Positions 24,415 through 36,852 of a DNA stretch of 64,000 bases are shown piece after piece. Each line of letters opens with the position of its first letter. Positions within the stretch are counted from its first letter, which is position 1. This DNA comes from Carcharhinus amblyrhynchos (taxonomy: Eukaryota). The notes under the pieces were generated by a model. The model worked only from the letters and a program-made list of their open reading frames with translations, ran no database searches and had not been told where the DNA came from. Location: assembly GCA_965287045.1 (NCBI GenBank), contig OZ336875.1:51398001-51462000 (forward strand), read 5' to 3'. The position numbers were made by a program, and so were the translations under genes.

Positions 24415-24990
24415 AAGAAAGGCTTTCATTTATAAAGCAACGTTCATTGTCACCGGACATCTCACAGCATTTTGCAGCCAATGAAGTACTTTGGGAATGC
24501 AGCCACTGATGTTATGTGGCAGCCAATTGGTTCATATCAAGTTCCTACAAATAGTAATATGATAATAGCCAGATAATTGGTTTCTGTAATGTTGGTTGAA
24601 GTATGCATATTGGTCAGGATACCAGAGATAACCAACATTCTACAAACTACTGTCTTGGGATCTTTTACATCCACCTGAGTGGGCATACGGAGCCTGAGTT
24701 TATCATCTACTCTGAAAGACAGCATCTTTGACAATGCAGCACTCCCTCAGTACTGCACTAGACGATCAGCCTTAATTGTTGTGTTCAAGTTCTAGAATGG
24801 GAGGTGAACTTGGAACATTTTGTGCAGGATTTTATGGCCTTGCTCAACCTAAGACCAGAAAATCCCACTCGAGGTCAATGGGCCTTCCCATTGTCCTCCC
24901 CTCGCCCATCCTGATTCCTGTGGCAAGCAGGGCAGTAGAATTCTAGTATTTGAGTCAGAATGCTACCAACTGAACCAATAACAAGTATTA
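24415..24990 (-). mobile_element. Deu-domain SINE interrupted by a MITE (24822-24945)
   Basis: Reverse strand GCAGTACTGAGGGAGTGCTGCATTGTCAAAGATGCTGTCTTTCAG...AGGTGGATGTAAAAGATCCCA; the insert has GCAGGATTTT...AGAATTCT ends. Confidence 0.85.
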
Positions 24991-26344
24991 AATGGGTGAA
25001 GTTTAAAAAGAAACACCTGTTTAATGTTCAAATTTCCAATTAATTTGTCAGACTAATTGATGATTGTAATCATATTGAACTTGTCTGAAATCTGCAGGTT
25101 TAGCATTCAAAATGTAGATTAGAAGCAATTTTCTTGGAGCAGTATAAGTGGGTTTGAGTGAATAATGTGAAGTGGTGGGTTTCAAGTTGACTCCGGATCC
25201 AACGAAGGAGCCATATGAGCTCTCGGATGTGGTGTTGGAGAACCTAATGAGAGCAAGTCTAGAGGAATTGGGGAGCATCCTGTACGTGCAGTGGGCACAG
25301 GAATCTAACTCATCCATTCATCCCTCTCTATTGTAACAGATGATGTTGCTCTGCCTGTCCTCCTCCCATTCTTGCCCAGACCAAGGGTAACTCAAACAAG
25401 TTGCTACTGATGAGGCACTACCTTTCTCCTGGTGACTCCTCTAAGGTAGAGTAGCACTTGTATGTGAAGCCCTCAGAATTCCCAGAATACATGTTGCTCA
25501 AGTGTTCATTAGGTCTCAACAAAGTGCTCCAGAAAGTCTCCCAAAATATTTTTGAGGATCTCTTTTAACCTTCAGGGATAATTGAACAGTGAGAGGTAAT
25601 ATACCTTTAAAGTAGTGTTTTAAATTCTCAGCAATGATTTGTTTACTACAGTTCAGCTGGTTGTTCTTTGTTAGGGTGTGGAGTGATGCATTACTCACCA
25701 AAATGCCATACACAGTCTCTTTAATAAGTGCTAACTGGCAATCTCATTGTCAATCAGCCTCTGAATAATCCTTTTGGCAGAATGTTGGCTTCACCTCATT
25801 GATGGTGTCTTACTTTATACCACAGGCTAAGCTACAGACTCCACCTTGACCCAAAGTATTTGATCAAAAATTGTCCCCTAATGATTTTACATAGGAAAGG
25901 TACTCTGTTGTAATGTAACCATTTCCAGATTTTGCCTAATGAACTCCTTTGCAAATCATGCTACACTCCTAACTCTCAGCTCCTATTTCGGGTCATCCAA
26001 TGATGTTCAATGTCTGTAAATGACAATTAGTTATAGACATGATCATTCACAATCAGCCAGAGAATTTTCATTTCAACAATATCCTCCTGTATTAGTTAGA
26101 AGGATTGGTGACAATCAGTTAGCATATAACAAACTATAATGGTTTATTTACAAGCAGAGTACTTTCACATTGTTAACACTTCCATTTCTAGGATTCATTT
26201 TGGCTGCAACAGCCCACACTTTGCATCAAGATCCCCATGCTTATTCCCCCATTAGATGATCAGGTCACAAGACCTATCCAGTGTACTCCCCTTAAAAGTG
26301 ACCAGCTACTACACTTCTATTTGGAAAACAAGGTGATTTTTATA

Positions 26345-27250
26345 GGGCAGCAATGTGGCATAGTGGTGATAAACCAGGCCACTTGCCAATTGAATTTATT
26401 CAAAAGCAAATGTGTAGTGTTAGGCTGGCCCTGTGATAAGGTACAGTATTGAGAACAATTTGTACCACATTCTTAGGCTAAAGCGGTGACCAAGATGTTT
26501 CTTTTGCTGAAATGTCAATTTAACACTAGATTAAAGGAGTCAAGCCTGTGGTAGGAACAGCCACCTGGAGGTTTGTGCATCAATTGATTGCTCTTTAACT
26601 AACCAATATATATAGGGCAACACAGCACCAGGCACCTGAGTTCAATTCCTGCTTGGGTCACTGTCTGTGTAGCATCTGCATGTTCTCTCTATAGAGGTCT
26701 ATAAAAATAATGAGGGGCACAGATCAGCTAGATAGTCAATATCTTTTCCCAAAGGTAGGGAAGTTTAAAACTAGAGGGCATAGGTTTAAAATGAGGGGAG
26801 AGATACAAAAGTGTCCAGAGGGGTAATGTTTTCAGACAGAGAGTAGTGAGTTCCTGGAACAAGCTATCAGAGGTAGTAGTAGAGGTACAATTTTGTCTTT
26901 TAAAAAGCATTTACATAGGATGGGTAGAGAGGGATATGGGCCAAATGCTGGCAATTGAGATTAATTTAGGGGTTTTTTTAAAAAAAGGCAACATAGATAA
27001 GTTGGGCCAAAGGGCCTGTTTCCATGCTGTAAACCTCTATGACTCTATGTCTGCATGAGTTTCCTCTGGGTAGTCCAGTTTCCTCCCACAGTCTGAAAGA
27101 TGTGTTGGTTAGGTATATTGGCCATGCTAAATTCTCCCTCAGTGTAGCTGAGCAGGTGCTGGAGTGTGGCAATTAGGGGATTTTCAGAGTAACTTCATTG
27201 TAGTGTTAATGTAAGGCTACTTGTGACTAATAAATAAACTTTAAACTTTA
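26345..27250 (+). mobile_element. HE1-type SINE (tail B) interrupted by a duplicated segment and a CR1 3' fragment (about 26690-27045)
   Basis: Head at 26345-26367, resumes about 26620-26690 and 27046-27250; the CR1 fragment has CTAGAGGGCATAGGTTTAA and a CTCTATGA tail. Confidence 0.85.
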
Positions 27251-27613
27251 ATAAGGTTGAAAATTGTTTTTGAGCCAGAATGCAAAGCAGGAGGGTGATG
27301 AAATAGGGTCTGATCTTTGTGGAAATCAGTAGAGTCACACCAGAGCAAAGGAACAGTTGTTAAAAACCCAATGACTAATTTAAGCTGACAAACCAGGCCA
27401 CTTGCCAATTGAATTCATTCAAAAGCAAATGTGTAGTGTTAGGCTGGCCCTGTGATAAGGTACAGTATTGAGAGCAACTTGTACCACATTCTTAGGCTAA
27501 AGAGGTGACCAAGATGTTTCTTTTGCTGAAATTTCGATTAAAGGAATCAAAGCCTGTGGTAGGAACAGCCACCTGGAGGTCTCTGCATCAGTTGATTGCT
27601 CTTTAACATACCA
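26369..27613 (+). repeat. ~235-bp direct repeat (26369-26605 and 27388-27613)
   Basis: AAACCAGGCCACTTGCCAATTGAATT...TTGATTGCTCTTTAAC present twice with scattered substitutions and one short indel. Confidence 0.95.
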
Positions 27614-27997
27614 TTAGCAGTCTTTAAAGAGGTCACATAGCATTTAGTGGTTATTGTGCTTCAATTAATGTCTTCCCCCATCAGTGTCTTGGAGTAAATA
27701 CAGTGTTAATGTAAACTTCATGTGCAACATGAAAGGATACTCAATTTCATGACTAATGTTGCTGCTGAAATTATGAAGAAGATTTCTTGCTGGAGTATTT
27801 TGTCAAGTCTTTTACCAAAACTGGAGTAACATTCCTGAAATTCTCTGGAGACCTTAACCTTAAAAAAAAGTGTACTGCACCTTCTGGGGCAAGGGAATGC
27901 CTGGTCCTGGCCACTTTATGGGGAATCACCATTGCCCTGCAGAAGAAATAAGAGGGGAACATGAGGTCATGTGACAGAATAGCATTGGCTGCTGCAG

Positions 27998-28172
27998 GAA
28001 TAGAATCATAGAATCCTTCAGTGCAATAGGAGGCCATTCAACCCAGCTAGTCAGCACCAAACACAATCCCACCCAGGCCCTATCCCATAACCCCATGCAT
28101 TTAGCATAGCCAGTCCTCCTAATACTAGGGGGCAATTTAGCATAGCCAACCCACCTAACCTGCACATCTTTG
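27998..28172 (-). mobile_element. HE1-type SINE 3' fragment, tail A
   Basis: TAGAATCATAGAATCC...GGCAATTTAGCATAGCCAACCCACCTAACCTGCACATCTTTGG. Confidence 0.85.
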
Positions 28173-28721
28173 GAGAGAGGAACCAGGAGTAGAAGAGGAA
28201 AGGGTTTGGGGGAGGTTCCTCTGTTTCTTCCAAGTATAGAACATCCCTCTTTCTCTGGCTTGCCTCCATGGGGATCAAGTGAAATTCCTTTTGCTGCATC
28301 CTGCAGGATGCCACTGTGTACTGTACCAACTAGCATTCTTCACATGAGCAGCGGATAGTGCAGTGTTCAAACAGCCCACAACTCTCCCAAGAAAATGATG
28401 TCAAATCAACTGTTGAGTGCTGAACCTGCTGGAGTTTGGCTTAGCATTTCCAGGCATGTTTAAATTACTGGAATCAGCGATCAAAACGATAACTTGTATT
28501 TACATCACCTTTCATGAAATAGAACAACCCAAGGCATTTCACCAAAGCATTATGAAACAAAATATGATGCTAAACCACATCAACAAATATTAGGCCAGAT
28601 GACTGAAAGTTGGGCCAAAGAGATCTTTAAGCAGCATCTTAAAGATGGAGAAACTAAGAGTTTCAGGGAAGAAATTCCAGAGTTGGGGCCTAGGCAACTG
28701 GAGGCACGGCCATCAACGCTG

Positions 28722-29420
28722 GGGCTTTCAAACACACGTGGAGACCTAGCTTAATGGATAATGATAAGGGCCCTCACCAGTAGATTCTTCCTACGTGCAT
28801 TGAGTTTCATCCCATGCATACTTTACCCTCAAGGTGGCTGTGGAAGGAAAGAGACCCACCTTCCAGAGTTTGCCTTTGCAAGGCAGGTTTGGAGAGATTT
28901 GTTTTTGGTCGAGGTTCATCCCAAGCAACAGATGCATACTTCTGTGCTCCACAGGTTGTTCCCAGGGGCACACACTGAGACAAACATCAACTATCATTGG
29001 ATGGCCATCAACTCCAGTGAAAGGTGCTCTTTGGTTTGCCCAAAGCCTGCTGGTCATCCAATGCGAAGAGTTGTCCCTGACCAAGTGTTGCAGAGTGACA
29101 CATTCTCAGGCCAGGACTACTTGTTAAGAGATGCTTGGGGCAGCTGTTGCAGAAGTTCAGTAGAGAAACGTTGTGATCTAAAGCCTTTAGCCACAGTACA
29201 CTGAGGAGCTGCAAACTGTGTAGATCACCCTTGGGCTATATGCCTGACATGGGGTGTGCATTGTGAATATCAGGAGTATTGAAATTGTATTGAGGGGTGA
29301 AACATGCTTTATAAGGAAAAGCTGAATTTTATTGCAATTTTCTGTAATTTTCAAGTCGAGATGTCTTATAATGTACTTTTATACACTTTACAAATGAAGT
29401 ACATTTTCAGAACTAAAAGC
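28722..29420 (+). mobile_element. Tx1-clade (L1-group) LINE 3' fragment
   Basis: RALTSRFFLRA...GGCGRKETHLPEFAFARQVWR...LFPGAHTETNIN...VKGALWFAQSLLVIQCEELSLTKCCR, a decayed zf-RVT/CCHC C-terminus. Confidence 0.8.
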
Positions 29421-29632
29421 AAATGCTGGAGTGATTAAAATCAAGTATCCTTAATTAGAAGATTGTAGAGATCTTGGAGGATGATGGGGCTGAAGGAAAT
29501 TGAAGAGAGACAGAGCAGTAAAACTAAAGGGGAAATCATACACGAACAATTTAAAATCGAGGTGTTGTTTAATCAGGAACGAGTGTAGGTTAGCGAGCTC
29601 GAGGGGTAGGTGAATTTTTTCACCTGAGACAA

Positions 29633-29761
29633 AGGCCGGAATTTTATCGACATGCCAGCCCCAATTCCAGGGGCGGGCTTGGCTCAGAGAACGGTATTCT
29701 CCGTTGGCCTCGGACAGGATCTTGCAAAACTTGGGCAGACGTGCCAGTAAAATTCCACCCA
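29633..29761. mobile_element. Harbinger-type MITE
   Basis: TIRs GGCCGGAATTTTA...TAAAATTCCACCC. Confidence 0.75.
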
Positions 29762-30026
29762 AAGTCACATATGGGCGATATTACAGAAGTGGAAATAGGC
29801 TGACTTAGTGTTGATGGAGATTCATGGTTGAAAACCCATCTTGGGATCAAATATATCATTAAGCCAGCCAGCAATCTTGTTCAGCCTCAGACAGTTGCCG
29901 GGAGAAAGGTGAAGTTAGTGGTAAGGGAGCAAACTTTTGACCAGGGACCAAAGGCAGTGGGTGAAATTCTCCCGTACTCTTCTTGGTGGGATCAACAATG
30001 GGCAGGGGAGAAGAATTCAGTGGACT

Positions 30027-30303
30027 AAAGTCAAAGTTTATTTATTAGTCACAACTAAGGCTTACATTAACACTGCAATGAAGTTACTGAGAAATTCCCC
30101 TCGTCACCATTCTTCAGGTCAATCTGGTCTAACCAGCATGTCTTTCAGACTGTGGGAGGAAACTGCAGCAGCCGGAGGAAACCCACGCAAACACAGGGGA
30201 GAACATGCAAACTTCACACAGACAGTGACCCAAGCCGGGAATCGAACCATGATTCCTGTCACTGTGAGGCAGCAGTGCTAAGCACTGTGCCACCATATCG
30301 CCC
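30027..30303 (-). mobile_element. HE1-type SINE, tail B
   Basis: Head, central block and tail B, with an internal deletion. Confidence 0.85.
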
Positions 30304-30604
30304 CTGTGGCTGGGAGAATGTGTGCACGTGGCTCACAAAGGCCCTCCCACATAGCTTCAACTCCCCACAGGTTCACTTGGGGAGTGGGATGTAGGGAGCT
30401 CTGTGTCTGCAGGAGAGGTGCTAGGATAGATAGATGGGGGAAGAAACCTTCACTAAGCTTTAAGAGGAATGTGGAAAAAAGTTCATCTCCAACAGGATCT
30501 GTTGAACTAGCTCCATGGAGTCTGCCAACTTCCCCAATGAAAACCTTGATGCTCACACAGCTTAGTGGCATTTTATCAGACAGCAAGCAGGTGAACTCCT
30601 CCAA

Positions 30605-30848
30605 CTCACTCCTTAAACCGCACCTTCCAAACCCATGACCACTATCATCTAGAAGGACAAGGGCAGCAAACACTTGGGAATGCCATCACCTGAAAGTCAC
30701 CCTCCAAGCTATTGACCCATCCTGACTTGGAAATATATCACCATTCCTTCAAAATCCGGAACTCTCCCAAACAGCACTGCGGGTGCAGCAACACCTCAAG
30801 GACTGCAGCAATTCAAGAAGGCAGCTCACCACCAGCTTCTCAAGGGTT
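30605..30848 (+). mobile_element. Crack/Daphne-like LINE 3' fragment
   Basis: CACCTTCCAAACCCATGACC...AGAAGGACAAGGGCAGCA...TTCAAGAAGGCAGCTCACCACC. Confidence 0.8.
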
Positions 30849-31849
30849 ATTTATCCTGACAGAATGAATGAGGTAATTTGTCCTTGTGCTGTGTTGTATT
30901 GCTGACCTGCTCTAGCTAGCCTGAGCACTTAAGGCATTGGCCATCTGTATCCACACCAAGTTGGTTTCCCTGCTTGTCCTCCTCCTCCAATCAGCCAGGT
31001 ACAGGACACTCCTACAGATCTTGACTTGGTCCAGAAGGGCGCACATGGAGGTATCATTGAGCTTCGACACTGGGTCTTCATCTCTCCTTGAGATTGAGGG
31101 GGCAATATTCCAGAGTCAAGGTGGCTGATGACAAAACTGTTAAAGGCAGGGCAACCTGAATCGGATATAATGGGTTGGAACAAGTAAACTGCTAATTTTG
31201 CTGGGTTTTTCTTCCAAAGTTCTATTAGATTTAAAGAAGGAAATTCTAATATAAAATAATTTCTGCATTTTTTTTACCGTTAAAAGCAAACTTTAAATCT
31301 TCCAATCTAAAAACAACCCACTACATTGCGGCAATGTAATCAGTCACCATAATAAGCATATTATGACCTTCATTAGAATGCATGGAGCCAATGTGGGAGC
31401 TAGGTAAATCTGCCTTCAGTGGGACAGGACATACCAATTCTACTTTGAATATGGGAAGTTTAAACTTTTCTTTAATGCGATAATAAAACATGTTTCTAGT
31501 TACATATTTTACATATAAATGAGGCAGTACTTTAAAAAAAATCCACCCCCTCAAATCTCCTTGCCCGATTAATGATAGAGTCTTCTCTTGTAGAGCTTTA
31601 AAATCCATCTCAACACAGACTCTTGTCTCGGCTACAGGAAGGAAGATTGATTTTGATGATCAGAGCATGTCATGTTACAACTTAGGGGAAATGAAATTGA
31701 ACATTAAAAGGAACTAATGCTAGAATTAAAATCAATAGAATTTCTGAGCTCCCTGCCGGGTGTGCAGTAACTGATACTACAGATTTCTGGCAGCTCACTC
31801 TACCTTGCTGCAGATGGTATTGTCTGCAAATATTGGCAGCATTAAACAT

Positions 31850-32752
31850 TAACCATGGAAAAAAGAGCTAAGTCCCAGACATGAGGTGAAAGTAACTGCC
31901 CTTGACATCAAGACAGCATTTGACCAAGGGAGGCATCAAGGAATTCATATAAAGTTGAAATTAATGAGAAATCGGGGGAAAACTGTCCACTAATTTAAGT
32001 CATACCTAGCACAAAAGTAATGTTTGTGTTAAGCATTCACTCCCTCCACCAGCAGCAAGGCACATGGTAATAGTGTATACCAAGTGCACTACAGGGACTC
32101 ACCAAGGCTCCCTACACATGCACCTTCCAAACCCATGACCACTACCATCTAGAAGGACAAGGGCAGCAGACACATGGGAACACCCCTCGAAGTCACTATC
32201 CATCCTGACTTTAAAAAAATATCACCGTTCCTTCACTGTTGCCAGGTCAAAATCTGGAACTCTCCCTAACAGTACTCCGGGTGCAACAACACCTCAAGGA
32301 CTGCAGCAGTTCAAGATGGCAGCTTACCACCACTTTCTTAAGGGCCATTAGGGATGACCAATGAATGCTGGCCTAGCCAGGCAAACCCACATCCATGAAT
32401 AAATAAAAAAATTATAAGATGCACTACAGGAAAACAAAGGCTCCTTCTACATAACCTTCCAAACCCACAACCTCTACCATCTAGAAGGACAAGGGCAGCA
32501 GATACATGGTAATACCATCACCCCCAAGTTCCTCTATTACACACACCATCTGGACTTGGCAATTTTTAGCCATTCCTTTATTGTCATTGGATCAAAATAC
32601 TGGGACTGGCTATCAATAGCATTGTGAGTGTACCTAACTCATTGCTGCAATTCTTCAAGGAAACCTACTACCACTTTCTCAAGAGAAACTAAAGATGGGC
32701 CATAAATGCTGGCCTTGCTAATAACATCAAAATTTCATGAATGAATAAAAAT
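31850..32752 (+). mobile_element. Two tandem Crack/Daphne-like LINE 3' fragments
   Basis: ALDIKTAFDQ RT motif near 31900; two successive 3' ends (to about 32410 and 32752) each finishing ATGAATAAA. Confidence 0.8.
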
Positions 32753-32769
32753 TAAGTCACTCTTAGTGA

Positions 32770-33180
32770 TGAAAGCACTAATTACCTGTAGACATTTGGG
32801 GGAGAGAATTCCAGATTTCCACTCCCTCTTGTGTGAAAAGTACTACCTGATTTCCTCTTGAATAGCCTAACTCTGATTTCAAGATTATGTCCCCTTGGTC
32901 AGAATTCTCCAGCCATTCACACCGGAGGGATTCTCCAGTCCCACTGGCGGTTCACCCCGCCCATGGATTTCCTGCCGGAGTGGGGTAACATTAGTGGGAA
33001 TTCCTATTGACTGCAGAGAATCCCGCTGCTAGCAAACAACATGCCACCTCCCATCAGCGGGAAACACATGGATGGTAGGCAGGTGAATCTTGCCCATAGC
33101 TCCTCTGCATTTATCCTATCAAAACATTTTAACATTTTAAACACTGCCAATAGATCATCCCAACAATCTCAAGGCAACAC
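32770..33180 (-). mobile_element. Old CR1 3' fragment with nested MITE (32897-33095)
   Basis: GAGAATTCCAGATTTCCACTCCCTCTTGTGTGAAAA...ATGTCCCCTT then resumes TTTATCCTATCAAAAC; insert ends GGTCAGAATTCTCC...GAATCTTGCCC. Confidence 0.7.
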
Positions 33181-33219
33181 AAGGCAAATTTATTAAGTTT
33201 GTCCTTTGGAGCAACTCTC

Positions 33220-34866
33220 TAAACTGTAAAATTGTTACTAGAAAGGCGGTGCTCGACAGACTGGAGGGGCTGATTGTGAACAAATCCCCAGGACCGGATG
33301 GAATGCATCCAAGGGTTCTGAAAGAAATGGCGGAGGTGATAGTGGATGCCTTGGTGGTTATTTTCCAGACTTCGCTGGATTCCAGGGAAGTGCCGGAAGA
33401 TTGGAAAGCGGCTAATGTTACGCCGTTGTTTAAGAAGGGTGCCAGGCAAAAGGCGGGGAATTATAGGCCGGTTAGTTTAACGTCTGTTGTTGGTAAAATG
33501 TTAGAATCCGTCATCAAGGAGGAAATAGCGAGGCATCTTGAGGGGAATTGCTTGATAGAGCAGACGCAGCACGGTTTCGTTAAGGGGAAGTTGTGTCTGA
33601 CAAATTTATTGGAGTTCTATGAGGATGTGTCTAGGGCGGTGGATAGAGGAGAGCCGGTGGATGTGGTCTTTCTTGATTTTCAGAAGGCGTTTGACAAGGT
33701 ACCTCACAAGAGGTTATTGCAGAAGGTAAGGGGGCATGGAGTTGGGGGTAGGGTGTTAGCGTGGATAGAGGACTGGTTGTCAAATAGGAGGCAGAGAGTG
33801 GGGGTTAATGGGTGCTATTCGGATTGGCGGTTGGTGACTAGTGGAGTGCCCCAGGGGTCGGTGCTGGGGCCTCAGCTATTTACCATTTACATAGATGATC
33901 TGGAGGAGGCAACCGAGTGTATGGTGTCGAAATTTGCTGATGACACCAAGATTGGTGGAACGGCAAATTGCGCGGAGGGTGTGGAGAGTCTGCAGAAGGA
34001 TCTAGATAGGCTGGGCGAATGGGCCAGGAAATGGCAAATGGAATTTAATGTTGGCAAGTGCAAGGTGGTCCACTTTGGTAGGAATAATGGTAGGAAGGAC
34101 TATTACTTACGGGGCGAAAAACTGCAGCAGGCGACAGTGCAGAGGGACCTCGGGGTCCTTGTGCATGAGTCGCAAAAACCCAGCCTGTAGGTGCAGCAGG
34201 TGGTCAGGAAGGCGAATGGGGTGCTGGCCTTCATAGCGAGGGGGATTGAATATAAAAGTAGGGAGGTCTTGCTGCGGCTGTATAGGGCATTGGTGAGGCC
34301 GCAGCTGGAGTACTGTGTGCAGTTTTGGTCGCCGCACTTACGCAAGGATATTTTGGCCTTGGAGGGAGTGCAGAGGAGGTTTACTAGGCTGATACCGGAG
34401 TTGAGGGGGTTGAGCTATGAGGACAGGCTGAATAAACTAGGCTTGTACTTGTTAGAGTTTAGAAGAATGAGGGGAGATCTCATTGAGACATATAAGATGA
34501 TGAATGGGATGGATAGGATAGAGGTGGAGAGACTCTTCCCGCTCAGAAAGGATAGTAGGACTAGGGGGCACAGCCTCAAGATAAAGGGGGGGCAGTTTAG
34601 AACGGAGTTGAGGAGGAACTTCTTCACTCAAAGGGTGGTGAATCTCTGGAATTCTCTGCCTGTTGAAGTGGTGGAGGCTACCTCGCTAAATATTTTTAAG
34701 ACGCGGGTTGATGGGTTTTTGATAAGAGAGGGGATTAAGGGTTATGGGGAGAGGGCGGGAAAGTGGAACTGAGCCACGACAGATCAGCCATGATCTTATT
34801 GAATGGCGGGGCAGGCTCGAAGGGCTGGATGGCCTACTCCTGCTCCTATTTCTTATGTTCTTATGT
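33220..34866 (+). mobile_element. Young 5'-truncated CR1 LINE; RT domain with one premature stop
   Basis: ORFs 33249-34190 and 34191-34772 are in one frame separated by TAG; KSPGPDG, NYRPVSLTS, LDFQKAFD, SGVPQGSVLGP, KFADDTK, LEYCVQFW, RTRGH; tail (TTCTTATG)2. Confidence 0.98.
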
Positions 34867-36571
34867 AATACACATCCACAGTGGAATATGGTCCCTGTCG
34901 GAGGAGAACATTCAGAAAGTCAGATCAATAACATTCATTTTACATTGTTAACAAGTAGAGCACAAACCAAGGATTTTGCTAAAGCAACTTCATTTCTGCT
35001 AATTCTCAGCAAATCCCAGGAGAATTCTGAGAAAAGTCAATCAACTCAAACTGCTGGTTACTTCACTGGTGAGAAAAATAATCGGGGTTGAATTTTCCTT
35101 GGGGATTTCCCCACACCATCACTGGAACTTCAACAGAAATGCCATTTACACTCGGAAGTGGATCTGTACTGCAGTGGAAGGAGGCCTGAGGAAGTTCATT
35201 GCCAATATATTATTTGGCAGTTTTTCTGCCTCCCTCAGCAAAGGTTAATGATAGGAGAGTTCTAAAGATTTGCACGCGATTATTTCATCTTTGTACACCT
35301 GCACCTAAACCCAGCACAGATTTATCAATGAAATTAGTGGAGGACACTCAGCAAGGTCACGTTCTGAGTGAGCTGCCATATCTGCCACAGTACACTCAAT
35401 GTTTTCACTGCAATCCCAACAAACTGGCCAGCAGTCAGAGAAATCACATAACTGTGGCCCTTAAACATAAATCATTCCATCTGCAGATGTGTACTGAGCA
35501 GATTAAATTCTCTGTTCTGAGCTAATGGCAATGAATCCACAGCATAAAATGTCACTAAATTGGCAAGGAGAACAAGGGTAGGAAATGGTAACATTCACAA
35601 TGTTGTAATAGGGCAGAACCTTTTGGAGCTGGAGGTCAAAGCATGGCCCTGAAACATTGCCCTGAACTTTGTACTCTGTTCTATCCAAAAGTCACAGATG
35701 TTGCCACACCTGAAAGCTAAATTCTGCAGTGATCCAAACTAATTCAGCCAGGTAGGAATAGATTTTAGCTGTGACAAATCCATCCAGAGTTTAAGGACAT
35801 CTTAATCTCAGCACAGTAGTGTAGTGAGGTAGTGTTAAATTCCTTAGTACCAAAGCATCCCCTCAAGACCTAGTCCACAACCAGGCATCAGCAAACACAG
35901 ATCTTTATTCCATTTACACGCTCCACACTCCAAACAACAGCTGCTCTCTCAGGGCAGTTTCTGGCCAGCTCATCCACACCTCGGATCTCTTAAAGGGGCT
36001 ATGCCCCAACATACATGACAACTACTGAATGAGTATTTTGTTTTATTTAGGAAAAAGTCCTTTATTTTAAATAATTCAAAGCAGTTTACTTGGACACTGA
36101 GTACCACCACCCCATCTCTACCAACAGTAGGCCCTGTCACTACACACTAAATTGTATTAAGTAATGTTTAATCTCACCAGGCAAGTGAGTTATGCAGTAA
36201 GTAACAAATACTTGATACGTCAGTAGTTGCTGTTTGGGATTACGTTGATATTTATTGTTCCAAATCTCCTTAGGTCCATTGACTTGATGTTTGCTAACCA
36301 CACTGCTTTGCGCACTTTGCACTTCTACCTGCTGAACTGGGTTCACTTTCTGCAAAAAGCATCTGATAAAGTATCTGGTGTTAACAGGTTTACATAATTC
36401 TGATGCATGACACACTTTGACATTTCAGATTGAGATAGTGTGAGGGCATGGAATTTTAAAAGATGAAAATTAATGAGGATTAATAGGTGCTGTGGAAACT
36501 ATTTTGTTAATCTTGTTTATCCTTTTGTTGGAAACCTGCAGTCCCGACAACAGCACATGACTGCCTCTTAA

Positions 36572-36852
36572 CCATAGAATCCCTACAGTGCAGAAGGAGG
36601 CCATTCAGCCCATCGAGTCTGCACGGACACTCCAAAAGAGCATCTTACCCAGGCCCATCCCCTGTCCCATAACCCCTCACGTTTACCATAGGCAATCCAC
36701 CTAATTTACACATTTTTAGTCACTAAGGAGCAATTTAGCACGGTGAATCCACCCGAACCCACACATCTTTAGACACTAAGGGGCAACTTAGCGTGGCCCC
36801 TAACCTGCACATCTGTGGGCTGTGGGAGGAAACTGGAGCAGCTGAAGGAAAT
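36572..36852 (-). mobile_element. HE1-type SINE 3' part, tail A, with internal tandem duplication
   Basis: CACTAAGG.GCAA.TTAGC...ACATCT unit repeated. Confidence 0.85.

Larger units (their letters stand above)
28486..29960 (-). mobile_element. L2 LINE 3' fragment hosting nested Tx1 and MITE insertions
   Basis: Collinear with the L2 at 12833-13660 on both sides of the insertions (tail, CCTAGGCAACTG, KQHLDFK). Confidence 0.8.

Noticed and set aside
25165-25336. Protein-looking + frame (…ELSDVVLENLMRASLEELGSILY…)
   Set aside because: No clear splice sites; more plausibly a decayed Harbinger Myb N-terminus or chance.
34188-34190. Programmed readthrough in CR1 ORF2
   Set aside because: A single CAG-to-TAG mutation in a 5'-truncated copy is the simpler explanation.
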